Source of the DNA: a virus
Length of the DNA: 64,000 nt
IMG/VR virus record: IMGVR_UViG_3300017917_001562
Location: 32,001 to 96,000 of that record
Direction: 5' to 3' (one strand)
The notes under the pieces were generated by a model. The model was not told where the DNA came from, did no database searches, and saw nothing but the letters and a program-made list of their open reading frames with translations. Position numbers and translations under genes: made by a program. Shown here piece by piece: positions 19,023 to 26,635 of this stretch (position 1 is the first letter of the stretch; each line of letters starts with the position of its first letter).

Positions 19023-19240
19023 GACCACCTCAACATAAACAAAGTAGCATGTGCGGGATCAGAAAACCACATTACATATCCAGAGCCGGGTTCTAGTCGC
19101 CAGTAGTGTTCGCTAGCTGGTTTTCCATATTGACAGTTATTAGGACTACCAAAAGTTTTTAAACACCATGCCCACCAAACAGGCAGGCCTTGTTGATTAT
19201 ATACATGTCTATGTTTCATGGGTACAATTACAATATTCAT
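19019..19240 (-). CDS. Array member (ends TLFMLRWS)
   Basis: Family motif and junction repeat. Confidence 0.78.
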   Translation of the reverse strand: MNIVIVPMKHRHVYNQQGLPVWWAWCLKTFGSPNNCQYGKPASEHYWRLEPGSGYVMWFSDPAHATLFMLRWS

Positions 19241-19482
19241 GACCACCTCAACGCAAATAACATAGCCTTTTTTTCGTCTACGATAGAGATCATAGTATCA
19301 CCTAACCTTGCGCTATACACTCCCCACTCATCGCCCGCTTCAGGCTCAATATCAATGCCGTCAGGCCAACTATTTTTTAACCAACGGCCACCGGGTCCTA
19401 CATTGTTGTATAACCAATGTTCTAACTCTACAAACTGTATCCGGTGTTTGCTCATAATGGTAGTAGCATCAAAGTTAATCAT
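19237..19482 (-). CDS. Array member (ends MLFALRWS)
   Basis: Family motif and junction repeat. Confidence 0.78.
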   Translation of the reverse strand: MINFDATTIMSKHRIQFVELEHWLYNNVGPGGRWLKNSWPDGIDIEPEAGDEWGVYSARLGDTMISIVDEKKAMLFALRWS

Positions 19483-19727
19483 GACCACCTCAGCGTTGTA
19501 AGCATCATGTCTTGCTCAAATTCAAAATAAAATCGGCCGGTTGATTCACAAAAACTATATCGGCCATGGCTGGGATAATTGTTACACCAGTTTACAATAG
19601 CTGCTTCTTTAACGAGCCATTCTAAAGTACCAGTATCGTAACTATCGAACTCTTCCTTATTCCAAAAGTTAGTAGAGTCTACAACATATTTGAAATTTTC
19701 TATGTCTAAGTTGGCTATTTTCTTCAC
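19479..19727 (-). CDS. Array member (ends MLTTLRWS), GTG start
   Basis: Family motif and junction repeat. Confidence 0.75.
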   Translation of the reverse strand: MKKIANLDIENFKYVVDSTNFWNKEEFDSYDTGTLEWLVKEAAIVNWCNNYPSHGRYSFCESTGRFYFEFEQDMMLTTLRWS

Positions 19728-19936
19728 ACCCACCTCAACAGTGCAAACATTCTATCTTTTTCATTTGTAATATACCACAAGTCAACACCATTAAGTGTGC
19801 CCTGGTATTCTGTTTCTATAGAATTTTTTTCACACCACTTATGAAAGTTTATTCTTTGCTGTGAGCTAACAGTAAAGCCCCGCGGATCACCTACTAATTT
19901 TACTCTGCCCTTTTCTGCAAAAACTTTAGTGGTCAT
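19724..19936 (-). CDS. Array member (ends MFALLRWV)
   Basis: Family motif and junction repeat. Confidence 0.78.
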   Translation of the reverse strand: MTTKVFAEKGRVKLVGDPRGFTVSSQQRINFHKWCEKNSIETEYQGTLNGVDLWYITNEKDRMFALLRWV

Positions 19937-20151
19937 GCCCACCTCAGTGCAAACCACTCTTTGTTTTCTCTAACTTGAAATATGTATCCGTTAGAGCCTG
20001 AACTTAGAAGAAAGTATTCTACTTTGTTTTCGCGCATCCAACCGTAGATGTCAAGCCACTCCTGAAATGTGCGAACAAGGTAAGTAGGGTAACCTGCCCA
20101 ACCTGGGTAGCTAGTAGATTCGACTTTCATATTCATTGTGTTATCAATCAT
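19933..20151 (-). CDS. Array member (ends EWFALRWA)
   Basis: Family motif and junction repeat. Confidence 0.78.
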   Translation of the reverse strand: MIDNTMNMKVESTSYPGWAGYPTYLVRTFQEWLDIYGWMRENKVEYFLLSSGSNGYIFQVRENKEWFALRWA

Positions 20152-20482
20152 GAAAATCGTAATCGTAGCAGTGTCTAATTTCGTGTCCTAAATTTGAAGT
20201 GCTGGTGTTGGTACCTGTAATTACAGTACACTGATCACCTCGCCAAACAGCACAACCAACAATTCTATTTTTACCAAATCTACCATTGGTGCTTTTATCA
20301 CAGATTTGTTGCAGCTCTTGGTCAGACACTTGACGCCAAGTAATAGTTCTTACTCTTGTTTGTGATTTAGCAGTACTGATGTGTTCGGCGTTGTATTCCC
20401 ATGCCTTAACGGGGTTGACAGGTTGAGCACTACAACCAGATACTGCTGCAACAATCGCAAAAACTAAAGACATTTTTTTCAT
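20144..20482 (-). CDS. Putative lipoprotein with HExxH motif
   Basis: Signal peptide with VSGC lipobox; LGHEIRHC. Confidence 0.6.
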   Translation of the reverse strand: MKKMSLVFAIVAAVSGCSAQPVNPVKAWEYNAEHISTAKSQTRVRTITWRQVSDQELQQICDKSTNGRFGKNRIVGCAVWRGDQCTVITGTNTSTSNLGHEIRHCYDYDFHD

Positions 20483-20483
20483 G

Positions 20484-20708
20484 TTAATTCCACCTTAACA
20501 AAAACATTGTCAAATCTTTTTGATTTTTAAATTCAAACATATCGTAGGCAATCCTGTAACCACAATGATTTTCCCTGCACCATTCTACCATTTCAGCTAT
20601 AGGATAGCCTAAATAATGACCTTCTTGATCAAGTATAAATTCATCCACCGAAATTTTTACAGCAAGCCTAAGCCTTGGATCTGGTTCAATGGCGTAGGCT
20701 TTGCTCAT
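20484..20708 (-). CDS. Array member (ends TMFLLRWN)
   Basis: Family motif; start overlaps the vWA gene stop. Confidence 0.78.
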   Translation of the reverse strand: MSKAYAIEPDPRLRLAVKISVDEFILDQEGHYLGYPIAEMVEWCRENHCGYRIAYDMFEFKNQKDLTMFLLRWN

Positions 20709-21985
20709 TATGCTTTGGCCAATTCCTTGGCTCGTTCATAAATTGCCCAAACACCAAAGGGAGGTTCTGCTTGCTCGTTGCCTTTGATAATGAATACAGT
20801 ATCGCAGTATTCGCTGTCACCCCACTCACCAAAAGGCATACCGTCAGTGAACATGATAAACTTCTTAGGTTGAATATCATTTTCCTTCATGTATTCCCAA
20901 TTAGCCATAAAGTCAGTACCACCACCACCTTGGGGCTCATAGGTAAGAATGTCCTCTAGTGATTCTGAACTGTAAACTTGGTGATTATACACTGCGGTGT
21001 CAAAACTCCACACTTGAATCTTGTACTCGTCATAGGCTTCCATAATGCCTTTGATCTCAGCCATAAAAGCCTTGATGTCTTCCTCGCCAATAGAACCCGA
21101 AGTGTCAATGGCAATACAAACATCAATCTGTTGACCCGGGATCATACCAGGCATAACAGCATCCAAGTGCCAGCTACGGCGTGAAGGGCGCAACCAAGTA
21201 AAGTCGTTTTTAACGGTGCTTTGGATTTGTTGTTCCAACAGCTCACGCCAGTTAACTACAGGCCTAGTCAAGTCTTTGATCAGACGCTTAACACCTGACG
21301 GCAAATTGCTGGCGCCTGTGGCCTGTGCGGCCTGTAGCAGTGCTTCGCGGATTTCGTCTTTGATGGCCTGTCGTTCTTCTTTGCTGAGACGGGGACGACC
21401 TTTGCCTTCTTTCTCGTCACCATCTTCGTCGCTACTGCCGTTGTCACCATCACCGTCCAAGTGCTCGTCTAACAGTTGATCCATCAAATCGCTGATGTCA
21501 ATTTTTTCTGCATTTTCATAAAGGTCGTCGTAGACTTCTTCAGCACTCCAACCTTTGTATTTGACATCATACAGGCAAGGGGTAATTTTGTCACCAATCC
21601 GTTGCTCAATCAAATCACTGTTAACACAATAGTCAGCGGCACAATTAAACAAACGGCGATCGCGGTCGCCATTACGACCCATATGGTCATAGACATTGTG
21701 CAGAACTTCGTGGCCAAACAAGAACTCAAGTTCTTTGGGTTTCAGTTTATTAACGAACTCAGTGTTGTAATAAAATTTACGACCATCGGTTGCAGCAGTA
21801 CCAAGCCAACTGTCTGCATTAACCAATTGCAGTCTGGTAGCAAGGTTACCAAAGAATGGTGCCTTAAGCAAGAGACCGATACGAGCAGTAGTCAATTTTT
21901 CACGCACTGCACGATCCAAAGCAGGATCGGTATTGTCAGTGAGACGACCTGCGATGTCTTTTTGTTTACTGTCTGATGTAGCCAT
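20708..21985 (-). CDS. Metallopeptidase-vWA domain protein (DUF2201-type), MoxR partner
   Basis: TAATDG and HEVLH; IDTSGS MIDAS, GGGGTDF, FTDG. Confidence 0.88.
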   Translation of the reverse strand: MATSDSKQKDIAGRLTDNTDPALDRAVREKLTTARIGLLLKAPFFGNLATRLQLVNADSWLGTAATDGRKFYYNTEFVNKLKPKELEFLFGHEVLHNVYDHMGRNGDRDRRLFNCAADYCVNSDLIEQRIGDKITPCLYDVKYKGWSAEEVYDDLYENAEKIDISDLMDQLLDEHLDGDGDNGSSDEDGDEKEGKGRPRLSKEERQAIKDEIREALLQAAQATGASNLPSGVKRLIKDLTRPVVNWRELLEQQIQSTVKNDFTWLRPSRRSWHLDAVMPGMIPGQQIDVCIAIDTSGSIGEEDIKAFMAEIKGIMEAYDEYKIQVWSFDTAVYNHQVYSSESLEDILTYEPQGGGGTDFMANWEYMKENDIQPKKFIMFTDGMPFGEWGDSEYCDTVFIIKGNEQAEPPFGVWAIYERAKELAKA

Positions 21986-22010
21986 TTATCTGCTCCTTGT
22001 TAATGTATAT

Positions 22011-22039
22011 ATTATAACACACTTGCGAATTTTTGTCAT
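22011..22039 (-). promoter_or_regulatory. Early sigma70-like promoter with AATTC spacer motif
   Basis: ATGACA-aaaattcgcaagtgtgt-TATAAT. Confidence 0.6.
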
Positions 22040-22052
22040 TAATACCAAAGTA

Positions 22053-22346
22053 TTACAACCATTTAAGTGTAAACAGTTCTAGTTCTTGATTTGTTTTAAG
22101 ATAAATTAATGGAGTATCGTATTTAATATCCTCTAATCTATAAGACCAAGATTGGTTCCTAGTAAATTTTGCATGACTTAAATGAAGGTTGAGTTGGACA
22201 CCCATACCCCATATTTCATTGCACCAATGACACCATTCTACAAATTTAGGAATTCTAGAGTCAAAGGGTTCGTGCAGTTCAATCCTGTATGCAAAATGCC
22301 CATATCCTCCATGACGGCGATCTAATTTTACAACCTTGGCGGGCAT
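22053..22346 (-). CDS. Array-family member between the ATPase and vWA genes (ends ELFTLKWL)
   Basis: Family motif; WCNEIWG. Confidence 0.7.
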   Translation of the reverse strand: MPAKVVKLDRRHGGYGHFAYRIELHEPFDSRIPKFVEWCHWCNEIWGMGVQLNLHLSHAKFTRNQSWSYRLEDIKYDTPLIYLKTNQELELFTLKWL

Positions 22347-22409
22347 GATTGTTACTAGTAATTGGGGACTTACGGGAGAAAGGAGTTGGAAAGCCCTGCC
22401 CCGTAGTCC

Positions 22410-23519
22410 TTACTTGCTGTTGGCGGCTACAATGTATTTGCCAAATCGCTTATGGAACTCGTCGAAATGTTTCAACTTGCCAGGAATGAAAGGCAGATTG
22501 TAGGTAGTCAGTGCAACACGAGCACCCATAACAGTCAATTCGGTAGTGAAATTGTCCATCATGTAACGGAAGAAGAAATCTGCCATACTGTTAAATTTCT
22601 CGTCAGGCTTGCCGTTATTTTTTAGCACATGATCCTGAAGTTCATAGCAGAGGTTCACAGTTAGTGAGTACATGGCTGAAATTTCTTTGACCTTAAGATC
22701 AGTGACTTTGCCGTCAAGAATGTCAATAGGCTTAGGCAACTGACCTGCAACCTTGCGGTGCGCCATAAACTTAACTGCAACACCTTCGCCCACAGCACCT
22801 GAAATCAAGTCAGTAAGTTCGCTGTCAGTGCAGTCATTGTCCTCCAACAGTTCACTGACAAAAGTCCACGAACGAGGAGTAGCGAACGCACGGCTTGAAC
22901 TACGGGGGTCAAAGTCGTAAAGGTCTTGTTTAGCAAAACCAATATAACCAATCACATCTGAACTGATGCGGTTAATGGTAGCCCATTGCTCCCACGATTC
23001 GTGATCAACTCGCATCTCCAAGTGAACGAAGCGGTTAGCCAACGGAGCAGGCATACGATAAGTAACGCCTTTATCAGTTTCACGGTTACCTGCGGCAATC
23101 ACAACCACATTGTCAGGCAGTGTATACTTGCCAATACGGCGGTTCAAAACCAGCTGATAAGCTGCGGCCTGGATGCTGGGTGCAGCACTGTTCATTTCAT
23201 CAAGGAACAAAACAACCACAGGATACTGTTTGGCCAGTTCTTCACTGGGCAAGTCGATTGGGGGAGCCCAATCCATCAAACCATTGTCTTTGTTGTAATA
23301 AGGAATACCACGCAGGTCAGTGGGTTCCATCTGTGCCAAACGAAGGTCAATCATAAGACCGCCCATTTCTTCAGCAATACTAGCAACCAGTTCGGACTTG
23401 CCGATGCCTGGAGGACCCCACAGGAACAGGGGTCGTTTTTTCTTAAAACACTTGGTAATGGCACGACGAGCGGTCAGTGCGGTTACAGTGCGATTTTCAG
23501 TAATTGAGTCTTTCGACAT
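22410..23519 (-). CDS. MoxR-like AAA+ ATPase
   Basis: GPPGIGKS, LFLDEMN, AAGN, LANRF and TPRSW motifs. Confidence 0.9.
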   Translation of the reverse strand: MSKDSITENRTVTALTARRAITKCFKKKRPLFLWGPPGIGKSELVASIAEEMGGLMIDLRLAQMEPTDLRGIPYYNKDNGLMDWAPPIDLPSEELAKQYPVVVLFLDEMNSAAPSIQAAAYQLVLNRRIGKYTLPDNVVVIAAGNRETDKGVTYRMPAPLANRFVHLEMRVDHESWEQWATINRISSDVIGYIGFAKQDLYDFDPRSSSRAFATPRSWTFVSELLEDNDCTDSELTDLISGAVGEGVAVKFMAHRKVAGQLPKPIDILDGKVTDLKVKEISAMYSLTVNLCYELQDHVLKNNGKPDEKFNSMADFFFRYMMDNFTTELTVMGARVALTTYNLPFIPGKLKHFDEFHKRFGKYIVAANSK

Positions 23520-23546
23520 CGTCTTCTCCTTTGCTTTAAAAAGTAT

Positions 23547-23575
23547 ATTATACCTAATCTGCGAATTATTGTCTG
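23547..23575 (-). promoter_or_regulatory. Early promoter with AATTC spacer motif
   Basis: CAGACA-ataattcgcagattagg-TATAAT. Confidence 0.55.
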
Positions 23576-23581
23576 TAGTTA

Positions 23582-23854
23582 TTATACCACAGTCAACATA
23601 TTAGCAGGAACTCGCCACAGACCTGCCACAGTGCGAACAGTGACATATTTCTGTGCAATTTTGACCACTGTACCAGTGTAATCACGGCCTTGTTTGGAAT
23701 TGTGAAAGTTAACATTGTCGCCCAACATCAAACTGGCTTTGGTTCGCTTGGTCAGCTGAGCCCTAGCATATTTTAAAGCTTCTGTAATTTTACTAAGGTC
23801 TTCGTTGGTAAAATTACCGGCCACCAATTCACGGACGATATCGTTTGTGTTCAT
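23582..23854 (-). CDS. Hypothetical early protein with SH3-like C-terminus
   Basis: GTVVKIAQKYVTV...WRVP; strong RBS. Confidence 0.7.
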   Translation of the reverse strand: MNTNDIVRELVAGNFTNEDLSKITEALKYARAQLTKRTKASLMLGDNVNFHNSKQGRDYTGTVVKIAQKYVTVRTVAGLWRVPANMLTVV

Positions 23855-23862
23855 GTTAGTTC

Positions 23863-23919
23863 AACTCCTGTTTTGTTACTGTATGCCATTATTATAGCAA
23901 AATTGGGAATTTCGGACAA
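23863..23919 (-). promoter_or_regulatory. Early promoter plus RBS cassette, copy 1
   Basis: TTGTCC-17 bp-TATAAT...AACAAAACAGGAGTT; near-duplicate of 24557-24613. Confidence 0.75.
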
Positions 23920-23933
23920 GTACTACTTGAGTA

Positions 23934-24359
23934 TTACTTTTCTAGGGCGTAGGGTTTGTCCCAACGGCCAATGTTGACATCAATATACCAACCCACATCA
24001 AAATAGTCAGTCATTGCATCGCTATTGTCGTGATTGCCGTTATTCATTGCAGGAATAACTTCCTTCAAAAAGTTAAGGGCCCGGCCACTGAAATGCTCTT
24101 TGTACCAATAAGGATTAACATCCAGGCTACGGTTCTTGCGGATGTAGTCAATTTGATCTTGACCCATCTTTTTACCAGACAGACCATTGGTGTCAGTTTC
24201 AATGAAATTTTCAATGAAGTCAATGCGACCCTGCTTGATGTTCAGAACCAAGGTGCTGTGATTGCGAACTGCAATACTGGCCTTGACACCATACTTCTTG
24301 CAGATTGCTTTGATGGCAGGTGCCAGCATAGCCTTCTTTTCTTGCGACATATAAGCCAT
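23934..24359 (-). CDS. Hypothetical early protein
   Basis: DNSDAMTDYFDVGWY C-terminal motif; GGAG RBS. Confidence 0.7.
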   Translation of the reverse strand: MAYMSQEKKAMLAPAIKAICKKYGVKASIAVRNHSTLVLNIKQGRIDFIENFIETDTNGLSGKKMGQDQIDYIRKNRSLDVNPYWYKEHFSGRALNFLKEVIPAMNNGNHDNSDAMTDYFDVGWYIDVNIGRWDKPYALEK

Positions 24360-24372
24360 TTTTATCTCCTAA

Positions 24373-24552
24373 TTAAACAGCAAGCGCGAACAGTTTCGCC
24401 ATATTAGAAAACACCACACGATAAGCACGGACTTCACGATCCGTCAAGTCTTCTATGCTGTCTTGCATTTCTTCAAGAGTTTCCAGCAGGCCCGGAAGAG
24501 CCCAGTTTTGCTGATAATCTTGGACAATTTCCATGGCTTGTTCAAAGTTCAT
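24373..24552 (-). CDS. 59-aa hypothetical early protein
   Basis: Read manually as MNFEQAMEIVQ...KLFALAV*, directly after the duplicated promoter/RBS. Confidence 0.65.
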   Translation of the reverse strand: MNFEQAMEIVQDYQQNWALPGLLETLEEMQDSIEDLTDREVRAYRVVFSNMAKLFALAV

Positions 24553-24556
24553 TTCA

Positions 24557-24613
24557 AACTCCTGTTTTGTTAACCTATGCCATAATTATAGCAAATTCAG
24601 GAATTTCGAGCAA
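24557..24613 (-). promoter_or_regulatory. Early promoter plus RBS cassette, copy 2
   Basis: TTGCTC-17 bp-TATAAT...AACAAAACAGGAGTT. Confidence 0.75.
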
Positions 24614-24629
24614 CCAAAAAAATGTATAC

Positions 24630-25001
24630 TTAGGTATTACTTTCTAAGTTGTCTAAGTAAGTGGCAAGGTCTCCGCCCATTAATTGCAACCAACTAGCAT
24701 CCTGCTCATCTAAGACAATAAATTTTGCAGTACGGCTCCAATAGTAATATGGACCAGGAAACAATCTTTCAAGTTGCAGTAAGTTCTTGTTGGTCAAGGG
24801 CTTGGGCAATTCAAAAGAGAAAATTTCTAATTTTAATTCTTTGACTACAAACTGATAACCAGTCATGCTTAATCTAATGCTGGCATCGTCAGTATGGTTG
24901 TGCCACATAAATTTCAAATCAGCTGTGGGCCTGCCAACTTGATGTGCAAATATTTTTGTAAGTTGGCTTTGTGTAAATCGCTTAAGGGAAGATTTGATCA
25001 C
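24630..25001 (-). CDS. Hypothetical protein
   Basis: ORF coupled to the upstream gene. Confidence 0.65.
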   Translation of the reverse strand: MIKSSLKRFTQSQLTKIFAHQVGRPTADLKFMWHNHTDDASIRLSMTGYQFVVKELKLEIFSFELPKPLTNKNLLQLERLFPGPYYYWSRTAKFIVLDEQDASWLQLMGGDLATYLDNLESNT

Positions 25002-25269
25002 CGCTTTTCAACAGTACTACAGTGAACTTGTCGGTCTTGAACAGTGTGTTTAACTTTTTGCAAAGATTAATAGCATGTCCTGGATTGCTGAAACTGGTCT
25101 TTTTATATTTAGGTCCAGGATAGTTGACCAACATATTGTGGCTTTTTAAATTGATTGGTTGATTATCGTAGAACACTGCCCAGATGCCTTCACTGCTGAG
25201 AATCTGTTCTGTTTTGTAAGTCTGTTTGTCGACATAATCGATTAAGACTGTGGGCTTGGGTCTACTCAT
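24982..25269 (-). CDS. Hypothetical protein
   Basis: MSRPKP...KYKKTSFSNPGHA; TAAATA upstream. Confidence 0.7.
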   Translation of the reverse strand: MSRPKPTVLIDYVDKQTYKTEQILSSEGIWAVFYDNQPINLKSHNMLVNYPGPKYKKTSFSNPGHAINLCKKLNTLFKTDKFTVVLLKSGDQIFP

Positions 25270-25311
25270 AATATTTGATCTTACTGTATATTTATGCCTT
25301 AATATACGCAG

Positions 25312-25533
25312 TTAAAAAGTACCACCATCCATGTTTACAGTAACATCACTACTTTGACCAGTGGTGGATAATTTCCTAGTCAAAACTGCACAAAAATTAA
25401 GTATTTCAAACAATTCTGCTTGAATATCTCGTGCTTCTTGAGCCGAAAGGATCAGTTGTTTACTGTTGCTTTGATTCATGACTTTTACTTTGTCATTGAA
25501 CATTTTTAAGTGCAGACTAAGATTATTCTCCAT
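25312..25533 (-). CDS. Hypothetical protein
   Basis: ORF ending MDGGTF. Confidence 0.65.
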   Translation of the reverse strand: MENNLSLHLKMFNDKVKVMNQSNSKQLILSAQEARDIQAELFEILNFCAVLTRKLSTTGQSSDVTVNMDGGTF

Positions 25534-25999
25534 TTGCTGCCTTAAGTGCTTCACTCATTTCTTCTTTGGTCATAAAAGGACCTTGAAATGGATATCTGTT
25601 TAATGTGATTAATTTTGGGCAAAAACTTTTGACCCAACCATTGTTGAATTTAATTATGTAATGGCCAGCACAATAATAGCTTTTGCTTTTACTGGTCTTA
25701 GTATAAACACCAAACTGATGTTTAACATCCCATAGAATATTCCAAGGCTTATTGGTTACTGGATATCCATATACTAAATGTTCAGGCGCCGGCTTAGTTT
25801 TGGCTTTTGAATCTTTGTCAAAAGTAATATTGTATTCTTTAGACAATAACTTAATTGTTGGAAATTTAGTTCTGCTGTTAGTGTCTGCGTAGACAAACCC
25901 CCCATTGTCTACAGCTTGGATCGTAGCAACTTGATTGCCATGATCTTCTACTACCCAGAATTTATTCTTTAGAATCGGTTTGGCTATCAGTTCCGTCAT
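25523..25999 (-). CDS. Hypothetical protein
   Basis: ORF starting MTELIAKP. Confidence 0.7.
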   Translation of the reverse strand: MTELIAKPILKNKFWVVEDHGNQVATIQAVDNGGFVYADTNSRTKFPTIKLLSKEYNITFDKDSKAKTKPAPEHLVYGYPVTNKPWNILWDVKHQFGVYTKTSKSKSYYCAGHYIIKFNNGWVKSFCPKLITLNRYPFQGPFMTKEEMSEALKAANGE

Positions 26000-26156
26000 T
26001 GTTTTTTTGACCTTTCGTATATTGCTCATTGAGCCACTCGTGATACCGTTCGTAGTATTCTGCAGCATCATACATTGGCATTTGTTTATACCACTCAAAA
26101 TATTCATCGCAGTGGCTTTGCCACATTTCATATAACCAGTGTTGAAATTTTAACAT
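25962..26156 (-). CDS. Small aromatic-rich hypothetical protein
   Basis: 64-aa ORF. Confidence 0.5.
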   Translation of the reverse strand: MLKFQHWLYEMWQSHCDEYFEWYKQMPMYDAAEYYERYHEWLNEQYTKGQKNNDGTDSQTDSKE

Positions 26157-26166
26157 AATAATTCTG

Positions 26167-26409
26167 TTATTCGTTTTGTAAACTTAATTTTTCCCACATA
26201 AGTTCTTTATCATAGACATACGCCACAGGTTTTAGCCAACCTTGGTTAATGCATTCAGCAATAATTTCTTTGTAGTTACTAGGACACCCAGATGAAATTT
26301 CAAACCCTGCTCGGGGAGTTATGGTATATCCATTGGTAATCATAAAGTCGTCGTCGCGATGACGAACTGTACGAATACAAGCAGTGAATTTTTCGTTATT
26401 AATAAACAT
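26167..26409 (-). CDS. Hypothetical protein
   Basis: 80-aa ORF. Confidence 0.6.
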   Translation of the reverse strand: MFINNEKFTACIRTVRHRDDDFMITNGYTITPRAGFEISSGCPSNYKEIIAECINQGWLKPVAYVYDKELMWEKLSLQNE

Positions 26410-26632
26410 CGAATTTTTGTTTAATTTGTTTTACAATTCGCTCTTTGACACCGCGAGCAAAGTCAGCTTGATAAGTAGTCATGACCATGTCTTGCAACTG
26501 TGCATTTTCAACAAGGCCTATACAGTATTTAACAATCTCTCGTGCAAAATGTTCTTGCTGTTCGGGATTGATGCCAGGATAATGGCTTCCGCCTGCTTGT
26601 AATTGAAATTCTTTAAGTAGTTCTTTGTTCAT
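26399..26632 (-). CDS. Hypothetical protein
   Basis: 77-aa ORF. Confidence 0.6.
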   Translation of the reverse strand: MNKELLKEFQLQAGGSHYPGINPEQQEHFAREIVKYCIGLVENAQLQDMVMTTYQADFARGVKERIVKQIKQKFDVY

Positions 26633-26635
26633 AGT

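Larger units (their letters stand above)
14993..19946 (-). repeat. Dispersed 14-bp gene-junction repeat TGAGGTGGTCATGA (about 15 copies)
   Basis: Exact tcatgaccacctca on + at 16080, 18045, 18562, 18768, 19019, 19237, 19479; variants at 14993, 15644, 17373, 17591, 17836, 18332, 19724, 19933. Confidence 0.92.

Noticed and set aside
14993-19946. Junction repeats as a CRISPR array
   Set aside because: The repeat is only ~14 bp, the intervals are 200-300 bp intact ORFs, and no cas genes are present.
15871-19957. Track starts MVM.../MGM.../MEL... for array genes
   Set aside because: These upstream starts fall inside or before the SD-containing junction; the ATG/GTG overlapping the upstream stop fits SD spacing better.
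13843-20708. Classical integron or diversity-generating retroelement
   Set aside because: No attC-like palindromes, integrase, reverse transcriptase or TR/VR pair with adenine-specific differences was seen in the window.
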